Assembly (NCBI RefSeq): GCF_006345805.1
Contig: NW_021826954.1
Location: 1-11,220 of the forward strand
Direction of reading: 5' to 3'
Length of the DNA stretch: 11,220 bases
Source: Octopus sinensis
Taxonomy: Eukaryota
This document shows positions 1 through 8,479 of the stretch, in pieces. Position numbers and translations under genes: made by a program. Every line of letters starts with the position of its first letter. Position 1 is the stretch's first letter. Under the pieces are notes generated by a model, which was given only the letters and a program-made list of their open reading frames with translations, was not told where the DNA came from and ran no database searches.

Positions 1-225
1 AACCTGGTACTACTTTGAGTGGAGTGTAGTCCTCACCTAGATGGACACTTGACATGTGTGCAATGTTGTCCTCACCTAGATGGACGCTGGACCAGACTTG
101 CCGAGCCTGGTACTATTGTGAGTGGACTGTAGTCCTCACCTAGATGGACACTGGACCAAGTTTACCAAACTTGGTACTATTGTGAGTGGAGTGGAGTGTA
201 GTCTTCACCTAGATGAACACTGGAT
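1..225. repeat. Degenerate minisatellite, ~64-bp unit, about 4 copies
   Basis: Core CCTCACCTAGATGGACAC recurs at 31, 70, 134 and 203 (spacings 39, 64, 69). The block (C/T)TGGTACTA(T/C)T(G/T)TGAGTGGA(G/C)TG also recurs in the intervening sequence. Confidence 0.85.
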
Positions 226-352
226 GTGAGTGGTAATTATTCAAGATGGAGAAGCTGGGTTCTTTGTTACTATGCACTGCCATCCAGAATCACTGCCACA
301 GCTACCATATTGAGGACACCCTCATTGGCTCATACATACATAAGAGAGTAGG

Positions 353-391
353 GTGTGATTTGAGGGAGATATGGCGGCTATTTCTAGCAGG
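353..391. repeat. Short interspersed-repeat fragment carrying TGGCGGCTATTTCTAGC
   Basis: The motif at 372-388 matches both arms of the palindrome at 10969-11084 (TGGCTGCTATTTCCAGC and TGGGTGCTATTTCTGGC). Boundaries are uncertain. Confidence 0.4.
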
Positions 392-486
392 TAGTGATGT
401 CTCTCATTCCGGCCTGGCTGTTAGTTATTGATATTTGTCGATGTTTGTTTGTGTTTGAATATAACGAACAAGGTTAACATCCAACA

Positions 487-2195
487 TTGGGTGGTGGAGG
501 GGTTGGGGTGATGATGGTGATGGCGGTGGTGGTGGTGGTGGTGGTGGTGATGGTGGTGGTGGTGGTAGTGGTGGTGATGGTGGTGGTGGGGTGGTGGAAG
601 TGGTGGTGATGGTGGTGGTGGTGGTGATGGTGGTGGTGGTAGTGATGGTGGTGGTGGTGGTGATGGTGGTGGATGGTGGTGGTGGTGGTGGTGGTGATGG
701 TGGTGATGGTGGTGGTGGCGGTAGTGGTGGTGGTGATGGTGGTGGTGATGGTGGTGATGGTGGTAGTGGTAGTGGTGGTGGTGGTGGTGGTGATGGTGGT
801 GGTGGTGACGGTGGTAGTGGTGGTGGTGATGGTGATGGTGGTGGTGATGGTGGTGGTGAAGGTCGTGGTGGTGAAGATGATGGTGGTGGTGGTGGTGATG
901 GTGGTGATGGTAGTAGTGGTGGTGGTGGTGGTGGTGATGATGATGGTGGTGGTGATGGTGGTCGTGATGGTATTGAAGGTGGTCGTGGTGGAAGTGGTAG
1001 TGATGGTGGTGGTGGTGGGTGATGGTGGTGGTGGTGGTGGTGGTGATGGTGGTGGTGTGGTGGTGGTGGTGGTGGTGATGGTGGTGGTGGTGGTGGTGGT
1101 GGTGATGGTGGTGGTGGTGGTGGTGGTGGTGGTGTTGATGGTGATAGTAATGGTGGTCGTGATGGTGGTGGTGGTGGTGATGGTGGTCGTGATGGTGGTG
1201 GTGGTGGTGGTGGTGGTGGAGGTGGTGATGGTAATGTTGCTGGTGCTGGTGGAGGTGATGGTGGTGGTGGTGGTGGTGGTGATGGTGGTGCTGGTGGTGG
1301 TGGTGGTGATGTGGTGGTGGTGGTGATGGTGGTGGTGAAGATGATGGTGGTGGTGATGGTGGTGGTGAAGGTGGTGGTGGTGATGGTAGTGGTGATGGTG
1401 GTGGTGATGGTGGTGTTGATGGTGGTGGTGGTGGTGGTGGTGGTGTTGATGGTGATGGTAATGGTGGTCGTGATGGTGGTGGTGGTGGTGATGGTGGTGG
1501 TTGTGGTGGTGGTGATGGTGGTGGTGGTGGTGATGGTGGTGGTGGTGGTGATGGTGGTGGTGATGGTGGTGGTGAAGGTGGTGGTGGTGGTGATGGTAGT
1601 GGTGATGGTGGTGGTGATGGTGGTGTTGATGGTGGTGGTGGTGGTGGTGGTGGTGTTGATGGTGATGGTAATGGTGGTCGTGATGGTGGTGGTGGTGGTG
1701 ATGGTCGTGGTGATGGTCGTGGTGGTGGTAGTGGGGAATGTTGTGATGGTGATGTTGGCGGTGCTGGTGGAGGTGATGGTGATGGTGGTGCTGATGGTGA
1801 TGGTGGTGGTGATGGTGGTTGTGGTGATGGTGGTGATGGTGGTGATGGTGGTGGTGTTGTTGGTGGTGTTGTTGGTGGTGTTGTTGGTGGTGGTGGTAGT
1901 GGTGGTGGTGGTGATGGTGATAGTGGTGGTGATGGTTGTAGTGATTGTAGTGGTGGTTGTGGTGATGGTGGTGGTGATGGTAGTGGTGGTGGAGGTTATG
2001 GTGTTGGTAGTGGTGGTGGTTGTGAGCGTGATGGTGGTGGTGATGGTTGTGATGGTGGTAGTGGTGGTGATGGTGCTGGTGTTAGTGGTCGGTGATGGTG
2101 GTGGTGGTGGTGGTGGTGACGGTGGTGGTGGTGGTGGCGGTGGTGGTGGTGGTGGTAGTGGTCGGTGTAGGTGGTGGTGGAGGGCTTGGTGGCAA
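487..2195. repeat. (GGT)n/(ACC)n trinucleotide low-complexity tract, ~1.7 kb, interrupted by GAT, AGT and GTT
   Basis: Directly visible. It generates the poly-V/M, poly-G/D and poly-H/T/P ORFs. Confidence 0.97.
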
Positions 2196-2237
2196 TGATG
2201 ACAATGATAATGATGTGATGATGATGATGTGGATGAT
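2196..2237. repeat. (GAT)n microsatellite, left part
   Basis: Degenerate GAT repeats immediately left of the SINE. Confidence 0.85.
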
Positions 2238-2427
2238 AATTCTTTCCTACTCTAGGCACAAGACCCGACATTTTAGGGGAGGTGGGCCACTCGATTAGAT
2301 CACCCCCAGTACGCAACTGGTACTTAATTTACCGACCCCTAAAAGATGAAAGGCAAAGTCAACCTTGGTGGAATTTGAACTCTGGACATAAACACAGACA
2401 AAATACCACTGAGCATTTCGCCCAGTG
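2238..2427 (-). mobile_element. tRNA-derived SINE (family A), 5'-truncated, with 10-bp target-site duplication
   Basis: Minus strand shows a B-box-like GAGTTCAAATTCC, then GACTTTGCCTTTCATCTTTTAGGGGTCGGTAAATTAAGTACC, which resembles the conserved central domain of Meta/CORE-type SINEs as I recall it. TGTGGATGAT is present at both 2228-2237 and 2428-2437. Confidence 0.85.
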
Positions 2428-2430
2428 TGT

Positions 2431-2495
2431 GGATGATGATTGTGATGATGATGATGATGATGATTGATGATGATGATGGTGATGATGATGATGAT
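2431..2495. repeat. (GAT)n microsatellite, right part
   Basis: GAT repeats immediately right of the SINE. Confidence 0.9.
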
Positions 2496-2509
2496 TTTTT
2501 AACTATAGT

Positions 2510-2670
2510 AGGAGTGGCTGTGTGGTAAGTAGCTTGCTTACCAACCACATGGTTCTGGGTTCAGTCCAACTGCGTGGCACCTTCGGCAAGTGTCTTCTAC
2601 TATAGCCTCGGGCCGACCAAAGCCTTGTGAGTGGATTTGGTAGACGGAAACTGAAAGAAGCCCATCGTAT
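2510..2670 (+). mobile_element. tRNA-derived SINE (family B), 5' half only
   Basis: A-box-like TGGCTGTGTGG at 2516-2526 and B-box-like GGTTCAGTCC at 2558-2567, followed by GGCAAGTGTCTT. Highly similar to the reverse complement of 7790-7950. Ends at the internal TA microsatellite. Confidence 0.9.
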
Positions 2671-2730
2671 ATATGTATATGTATATATACATTTGTATAT
2701 ATACATATATATTAAATATATACATATAAA
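2668..2730. repeat. (TA)n-rich microsatellite
   Basis: Directly visible. Corresponds to the internal microsatellite of SINE family B. Confidence 0.85.
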
Positions 2731-3848
2731 TTAAAACTCTAAAATATTTTTAATAGAAATCTGTAGGCTCTTCCACTGGTGTTCTTTCTTTCTAACTGTA
2801 CCTTTTTAATATAAAATTAAATAGTATTTGTAATATGCTATATTTTAATTGACTTTATAGTCAATTTAAATAACCTTACTTAAATCATGTAAATTGCTAA
2901 TATTTCCGAATTCTATTCTAAATTTAATAGTTAATACTATTCCCTTAATGATACATGTAACTTTCACTATATATTTTGAATAAGTAAAATTCCCCCACCA
3001 TTTACTATTGAATTTATTTAAACCTCTAGATGTTGACCTAAATTCTTTCTTACAATATATAAACTTAAGTTAAAATAGAAATAATAAATAAATAACCTTC
3101 TATTCTGGTGTTATACTTAACTTTCTTACTGTATCTTCCTCTACTGATAACCTATGACCCCTGTAATGTTTTCCTTTGATCTCTCTGTATTCTTTATCCT
3201 ACCATTATCTCTGTGAGTTTCTCAGTTCAGAGCTGGTGGTGGTCAAACTTAGTGTTCTTTTATGAATTTAAGATTCCTTCAACACTGACCTAGATTTTCT
3301 GTCACCACAGAAACAAACTAACCTTTGTCTGTGGTATATCTATTCCCTCTTACTCCTTCACTCCCTTCCTCCCATAATGTACTGTATTTTGGCCGAACCT
3401 ACGTCGCTGTCCTTCTTGCTACTACAACCAAATTTTGTCTGCAACAGTTTAGATGTGAAATGAACCGGTGTGTGACCAACAGCTTTCCTTATGTCTCCTG
3501 GAATTTATATTTATATCTGCATCTTTACGGATGGATTTACCTTCTATGAGAAGTTAACTATCATTTTCAAAACTTTTTTTAAAAACTGTGCATTATTAGG
3601 AAACATTTAAGTCTGCTTAATATCTGGCTTCAAATTCATAGAACTCTTAATACTTCATAATGGATAGTCACATTCTCTAAGATGTCTGGAAAATATATAT
3701 GTGATTTAGCTGATGAATACCGGACATTGTATTTGCTGCAATATTTGCAGCTTTAAATAAAATGTTCAAAATACGAAACAATTGTACTAATCAATTCTTG
3801 CTGCTTTTTTCCTTGGTTACATATATCTATCTATATATATATATATGT

Positions 3849-3890
3849 ACTAGCATTAAAGACCCGTCGTTGCCGGGTCATAGTGCTAGT
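3849..3890. mobile_element. Isolated Helitron-terminus-like hairpin
   Basis: ACTAGCA-ttaaa-GACCCG-tcgttgc-CGGGTC-atag-TGCTAGT: a GC-rich hairpin followed by CTAG|T on either strand, inside a TA-rich tract. Confidence 0.5.
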
Positions 3891-4174
3891 GCATGTATAT
3901 ATGTGTATATATATTTGTACATATTACATGTACATCTATATATATACATCTACACATAAAATACAAAATACAAAGTTATATCTTGATATCGCTAGTGATA
4001 ACAATACTCAAAAATATATAACAGACTGGAACTCTTAGCCCGTCTCTTGTAAAGAAGTGTGGCTACAATCCAGCCTAACTCTACTTCTGGTGGGGGGAGG
4101 GGTTATTTCAAATTTTTTTCCGGAACGTCCTACGTCCCAGATATAAAGGTAAATTTAAAATATTTCCACTTTGC

Positions 4175-4480
4175 AAGTTCGAGTCGAGTACTCCCTTGCA
4201 GTCAGTTCTATCCTGGGCCGCTTCTTTCAGACTGGCCATGTTCATTCCGGTATCACTCTTGATGGTGTCAAGCCAGCGGGTTCTTGGTCGGCCTCTTCCT
4301 CTCTTGCCACTGACCATTCCGAGCATGACGTCCTTCTCCAGGGATTTTCTCAGCATAATTGACTCGATCCTTGCTTCTATTGTGGCGAATTTACCGCCTC
4401 TTATTAGATACCTTTCATAGTCGCACCAAGACACTTTTCGACGGTGCTTTCCTCCATGTGTTCAAATCTTTTTTCTCTAC
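4175..4480 (-). mobile_element. RTE/BovB-type LINE 3' fragment, copy 1 (garbled flanks, near-perfect core)
   Basis: Translates to RKSLEKDVMLGMVSGKRGRGRPRTRWLDTIK, a typical RTE ORF C-terminus. 4197-4359 matches 5046-5208 at 161/163. Confidence 0.85.
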
Positions 4481-4779
4481 ATTGTATACTTTATAGACAA
4501 TAGTCTTTTCTTTAATTTAATTTTTTAATATCCATCTGTACTATTCCATTTCTGCACGCTAATTTTATTTTTAATTTATTCCCATTCATGTGAAACCACT
4601 TATTCAAGTTCAAATCATTGATGCAATTTTATACCAGTTGCTATTTTTACTTTTGTTATGTTACTTTAGTTTGATTTTAATTATTACTTACTACATATAA
4701 TTCAATTGTACTTATAATTTTTATTGTTAAAGTGAAAGTATCTGACATAAAATAGAGAAACGTTTTTGTTTCACTTTTA

Positions 4780-4997
4780 ACACGTAATACTGAAATAGTG
4801 GAGAAGATATGATGTTGCTATTGGCTCGCTCTAGGCAAGAAGTTGAACATTTTTTGCCGATGACACTCCCCGGACCCTAAGTAAGGCATGTGTAAAATTT
4901 GAATGAAATTGGTTGTGTAGTTCTCAAGTTTTAGGGAAACACACAGACAGAAAACAGACAGACAGACACACATTCTCAGTTTTATATATAAAAAGAT
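4780..4997 (+). mobile_element. 3' portion of a non-autonomous Helitron-like (Lep1/DINE-like) repeat
   Basis: CATGTGTAAAATTTGAATGAAATTGGTTG..., then an (ACAG)n microsatellite and CACATTCTCAGTTTTATATATAAAAAGAT. This resembles, from memory, the microsatellite-plus-TTTTATATATATAGAT end of such elements. The 5' boundary is unknown. Confidence 0.45.
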
Positions 4998-5370
4998 ATC
5001 CGCTCAGTCGAGGTCGACTCTCGGTCACACGTTGGATCAGTGTCCTGCAGTCAGTTCTATCCTGGGCCGCTTCTTTCAGACTGGCCATGTCCATTCCGGT
5101 ATCACTCTTGATGGTGTCAAGCCAGCGGGTTCTTGGTCGGCCTCTTCCTCTCTTGCCACTGACCATTCCGAGCATGACGTCCTTCTCCAGGGATTTTCTC
5201 CGCATAATATGACCGAAATATGCCAATCTGTGCTTGGTGATCCTAGCTTCTAGCGACATTTTCGGCCTTATCTGCTTAAAAACTTCTCCATTGGTGAGTC
5301 TCACTGTCCATGGAATTCGTAAAAGTCTTCTCCAACACCAAAGCTCGAATGTATTAATTCTCTTCTCCAA
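4998..5370 (-). mobile_element. RTE/BovB-type LINE 3' fragment, copy 2 (5'-truncated, frame open)
   Basis: EKRINTFELWCWRRLLRIPWT...LAYFGHIMRRKSLEKDVMLGMVSGKRGRGRPRTRWLD...RVTESRPRLSG is the characteristic RTE-clade C-terminus. Confidence 0.92.
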
Positions 5371-5372
5371 TA

Positions 5373-5591
<219 letters not shown>

Positions 5592-5592
<1 letters not shown>

Positions 5593-6402
5593 GGTTTCAT
5601 CCTGGCTGCTCAAGATCAAGCCTATTAACCCGGAACTACCAGGCCAATGTGATGAAAAATGGAGCAGACCCAAAATGCCGATTCTGCACGACATGATTGA
5701 AACAGTGGACCATCTAATCTCTGGATGTAAAGTCTTAGCACAGTGGAGTATAAATTAAGACATACAGGTGGCCAATATCTACCTGGCTATAAGTCGGCAT
5801 TACGATATCAAAACTGCCGACAAGTGGTATAATCACCACCCTGAGGCTGTAACTGAAGGAGAAAATGTAACGATTCTGTGGGACTTTTCAGTACATACAG
5901 ACCGAACCATCAAGGCCAATAAACCAGATATTGTTGTGAAAGACCAAAACAATAAAGTTTGCTTATTGATCGACATGAGCATGCCCTGTGATCATAATAT
6001 CTCAGCGAAAGAGTTTGACAAGCTCAGAAAATATAAAGACCTGCTCATTGAAATTGAGAAAATGTGGCATCTCAAGGCGGTTACAATACCAGTGATCGTA
6101 GGAGCACTAGGAATGATCAAGAAGGGAACCGAAAATTATATGAGAATGATCCCTGGCTTACCATCCCTGCAAGAAGTGCAAAAGATTGTCTTAACTGGTA
6201 CATCACACGTATTGAGAAGAGCATTGTAGATGTGAGAACTGTTGCTGCTCATGTATTTTAATTTAACTTAAAAAAAAAAAAAATGAACGAACTATTGAGT
6301 TTGGTCTAATGGCCTACCAATGTATACTATGAGTTTCTTTGCCTAGGAGTCGGGAAGACACTCGGCAAGAAATGGAAGCAAATTGAAAGAAGAAAAAAAA
6401 GT
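5592..6402 (+). mobile_element. R4/Dong-clade non-LTR retrotransposon, 5'-truncated: CCHC zinc knuckle, restriction-like endonuclease and 3'UTR
   Basis: Across frameshifts: GFILAAQDQ..TRNYQANVMKNGADPKCRFC..IETVDHLISGC (CCHC at 5676-5728), then ILWDFSVHTDRTIKANKPDIVV..LLIDMSMP..KEFDKLRKYKDL..VIVGALG..VLRRAL* (stop 6227-6229). This is the PD-(D/E)xK RLE domain in its R4-type context. Flanked by (TAA)n on both sides. Confidence 0.88.
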
Positions 6403-6403
6403 A

Positions 6404-6460
<57 letters not shown>

Positions 6461-6480
6461 CATAATAATAATAATAATAA
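6404..6480. repeat. (TAA)n microsatellite
   Basis: Directly visible, right after the element's A-rich 3' end. Confidence 0.95.
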
Positions 6481-6488
6481 CAAGGAAT

Positions 6489-6551
6489 GAGGTCGATTCT
6501 TCAAAGCGGTGCCCCAGTGTGGCCACAGAATGACGAGTGAAGCTAAAAAAA
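6489..6551 (+). mobile_element. Degraded SINE/LINE 3'-tail fragment
   Basis: GAGGTCGATT..GCGGTGCCCCAGTGTGGCCACAG resembles the SINE tail GGGGTCGATT..GCGGTGCTCCAGCATGGCCACAG at 7526-7600 (minus strand). Confidence 0.6.
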
Positions 6552-6617
6552 GAGAGAAATTTTGAGTTTAGCTTTGATCACGTGATTTTGATCGTCTCGA
6601 TTGCCATTATGTACCTT

Positions 6618-6778
6618 CCATGAGAGACTTGGCCAATATCTACACTGGCTAATAAGTCGGCATTACAATATCAAAACTGCCGACAAGTGGTATAATCACC
6701 ACCCTGAGGCTGTAACTGAAGGAGAAAATGTAACCATTCTGTGGGACTTTCCAGTACATACAGACCGAACCATCAAGG
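6618..6778 (+). mobile_element. Second, internal R4/Dong-type fragment
   Basis: 6630-6778 matches 5769-5915 with 3 substitutions and two 1-bp indels. Translates HERLGQYLHWLISRHY..ILWDFPVHTDRTIK. Confidence 0.9.
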
Positions 6779-6947
6779 AGTTCTGTTCTTTTTGCGGCAC
6801 GACGTGTGCAGCTTTGATTTTAGTTCGTCGAGAATGTAGCAACTCGCTGCATAATAATGTTATTGCGTTGAAGTTTGGTTTTGCTGTATTTTTATTCGAT
6901 ACAAACCTTTTAAACTTTGATGGACGAGTTTGAGTTTATAACCATTA

Positions 6948-7364
6948 GGATCTTTTCAGTTTGAACGGCAGATTTTTCTAGCGGTGTCATATGAAAATGT
7001 CACCCATAATTCTGACCCTAGTATCGATCTATTGCATTTCAATCTATTTCAGGGTTGGGTTAGAGTTAGGGGTGGGGGAGTGTCTATGTTTTCTTCACAA
7101 ATGTAAATATACCCAGGTTGCTTCTTAAACGAGGGACATATTCATACGGCACAGAATTTTTTTTTACATCACTGGACGACACTGTGGTTGAAATTGCAGA
7201 AATGAAGAAAAAAAACAACAAATATCTTACAAACTGTAGAATTTTCTCAATAAAGTCAAGAGAAAAAGATGTTTTATAAACAAATTCTACCAGTATACGA
7301 AGTTTAAACTTTTTTAGTTACCTAGAAATTATCTTAAAAACTGCCGTTCAAACCGAAAAAATCC
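6948..7364. mobile_element. Non-autonomous DNA transposon (MITE), 417 bp, possibly Merlin superfamily
   Basis: TIRs GGATCTTTTCAGTTTGAACGGCAGATTTTT (6948-6977) and the reverse complement of 7336-7364, GGATTTTTTCGGTTTGAACGGCAGTTTTT (2 mismatches, 1 indel). Flanks AACCATTA (6940-6947) and AGCCATTA (7365-7372) form an 8-bp TSD at 7/8. No ORF. Confidence 0.85.
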
Positions 7365-7412
7365 AGCCATTATATTACAGTACCAAAATAAATATCCGGC
7401 GAATCCGGGTTT

Positions 7413-7492
7413 ATTTCAATCATTAGATTGCGGCAATGCTGGAGCAATTCCTTGAAGAAATGTGCTTCGAATGAATCGAACCCCAGTACTTG
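7413..7492 (-). mobile_element. SINE 3'-tail fragment
   Basis: Minus strand reads AAGTACTGGGGTTCGATTCATTCG..TTCTTCAAGGAATTGCTCCAGCATTGCCGCAATCTAATGATTGAAA, homologous to the tail of the adjacent SINE. Confidence 0.7.
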
Positions 7493-7525
7493 CTATTTTT
7501 TAATTTACTCTTTACTCTATCTTTT

Positions 7526-7724
7526 CCTCTTTTACTTGTTTCAGTCATTTGACTGTGGCCATGCTGGAGCACCGCCTTTAATCGAGCAAATCGACCCCGG
7601 GACTTATTCTTTGAAAGCCCAGTACTTATTGGATCGGTCTCTTTTGCCGAACCGCTAAGTGACGGGGACATAAACACACCAGCATCGGTTGTCAAGCAAT
7701 GCTATGGGGACAAACACAGACACA

Positions 7725-7767
<43 letters not shown>

Positions 7768-7954
7768 TTATATATATATATACATATATACGACAGGCTT
7801 CTTTCAGTTTCCGTCTACCAAATCCACTCACAAGTCTTTGGTCGGCCCGGGGCTATAGTAGAAGACACTTGCCCAAGATGCCACGCAGTGGGACTGAACC
7901 CGGAACCAAATTCTTGGTTAGCAAGCTACTTACCAGACATCCACTCCTGTGCCT
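7526..7954 (-). mobile_element. Full-length tRNA-derived SINE (family B) with internal (TA)n/(TG)n microsatellite and LINE-like 3' tail
   Basis: The 5' head GGCACAGGAGTGGATGTCTGGTAAG..GGTTCAGTCC matches 2510-2670. Internal microsatellite at ~7713-7790. The 3' tail reads GGCGGTGCTCCAGCATGGCCACAGTCAAATGACTGAAACAAGTAAAAGAG. Confidence 0.92.
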
Positions 7955-8013
7955 GTATGTATGTATGTATGTATGTATGTATGTATTTATGTATGTATGT
8001 ATGTATGTATGTA
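7955..8013. repeat. (TATG)n microsatellite
   Basis: Directly visible. Confidence 0.95.
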
Positions 8014-8016
8014 ATA

Positions 8017-8479
8017 TGCAAGCAATTCAAACACAACCCTAATCCGATTTTCACAAAAACTTTTTCTGCATCAACCGAACAGTTAAGAACGAAAATTTGA
8101 TCATTTTCCAATAAACACCAGTTGAAGAAAGCATTTCATCGGCTGATGTGTTCGCTCTAGTTAAGTTACAGTATGTTAATATAACTCTGGTTCCTTGTGA
8201 TAGATGTTCTGCCACTTCCGTTCCAATCCCTGTTCAAGTATCTATAATATGTACAGTTTTACCGTCCATCTTAGCTTGGCAGTCATATTTTAAAGTTTTA
8301 CAATGTTATCTCAGCCATGATGAGAAATAAACAACGAATACCACGCATGTTAGTAATTATATTTATATTATCGTAAGAGTTTTTTTTTTGCTTTCGTTCT
8401 TAACTGTTCGATTAATGCAGAAAAAGTTTCTGTGTTTATATGTGAAAATTGGATTAGAGTTGTGTTTGAATGGCTTGCA
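8017..8479. repeat. Inverted repeat: arms 8017-8094 and 8392-8479, each continuing outward into (TATG)n/(CATA)n
   Basis: The arms align with about 6 substitutions over 78 nt plus a ~10-nt indel. Spacer ~297 bp. Confidence 0.9.
8050..8318 (-). pseudogene. Decayed N-terminal fragment of a retinol-dehydrogenase-like (RDH11-14-type) short-chain dehydrogenase/reductase
   Basis: Manual minus-strand translation of 8290-8117 gives KYDCQAKMDGKTVHIIDT*TGIGTEVAEHLSQGTRVILTYCNLTRANTSADEMLSSTG. It aligns with the family pattern GKTVIITGANTGIGKETARELAxRGARVILACRNLxKAxxAAxEIxxxTG with one codon missing. There is an in-frame TGA at 8236-8234 and the TGxxxGIG motif is broken. Possible ATG at 8318. Homology below 8117 is weak. 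Confidence 0.65.

Noticed and set aside
1-225. CRISPR-like repeat/spacer appearance
   Set aside because: The 'spacers' are homologous to each other and irregular in length, there are no cas genes, and the context is eukaryotic. It is a minisatellite.
246-431. 61-aa ORF
   Set aside because: No recognisable domain, overlaps a repeat motif, and the length is expected by chance.
591-2316. Long Gly/Asp-rich, Val/Met-rich and His/Pro-rich ORFs that resemble glycine-rich structural proteins
   Set aside because: All three frames of (GGT)n are nearly stop-free by construction. The phase shifts several times, and there is no signal peptide, splice context or unique domain.
2510-2570. tRNA gene (also at 7895-7954 and 2365-2427)
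   Set aside because: A/B-box-like motifs are present, but I see no complete cloverleaf or poly-T terminator, and each continues into a SINE body.
2740-3320. Possible ancient LINE ORF1/endonuclease remnant on the minus strand (NGGGILL; KGKHYRGHRLSVEED)
   Set aside because: Only short motifs in very AT-rich, stop-filled sequence; not distinguishable from chance without a profile search.
7387-7416. Small hairpin AAATAAA-TATCCGG-CGAAT-CCGGG-TTTATTT as a terminator or Helitron end
   Set aside because: Short and imperfect, overlaps a SINE-tail end, has no CTRR, and there is no upstream gene.
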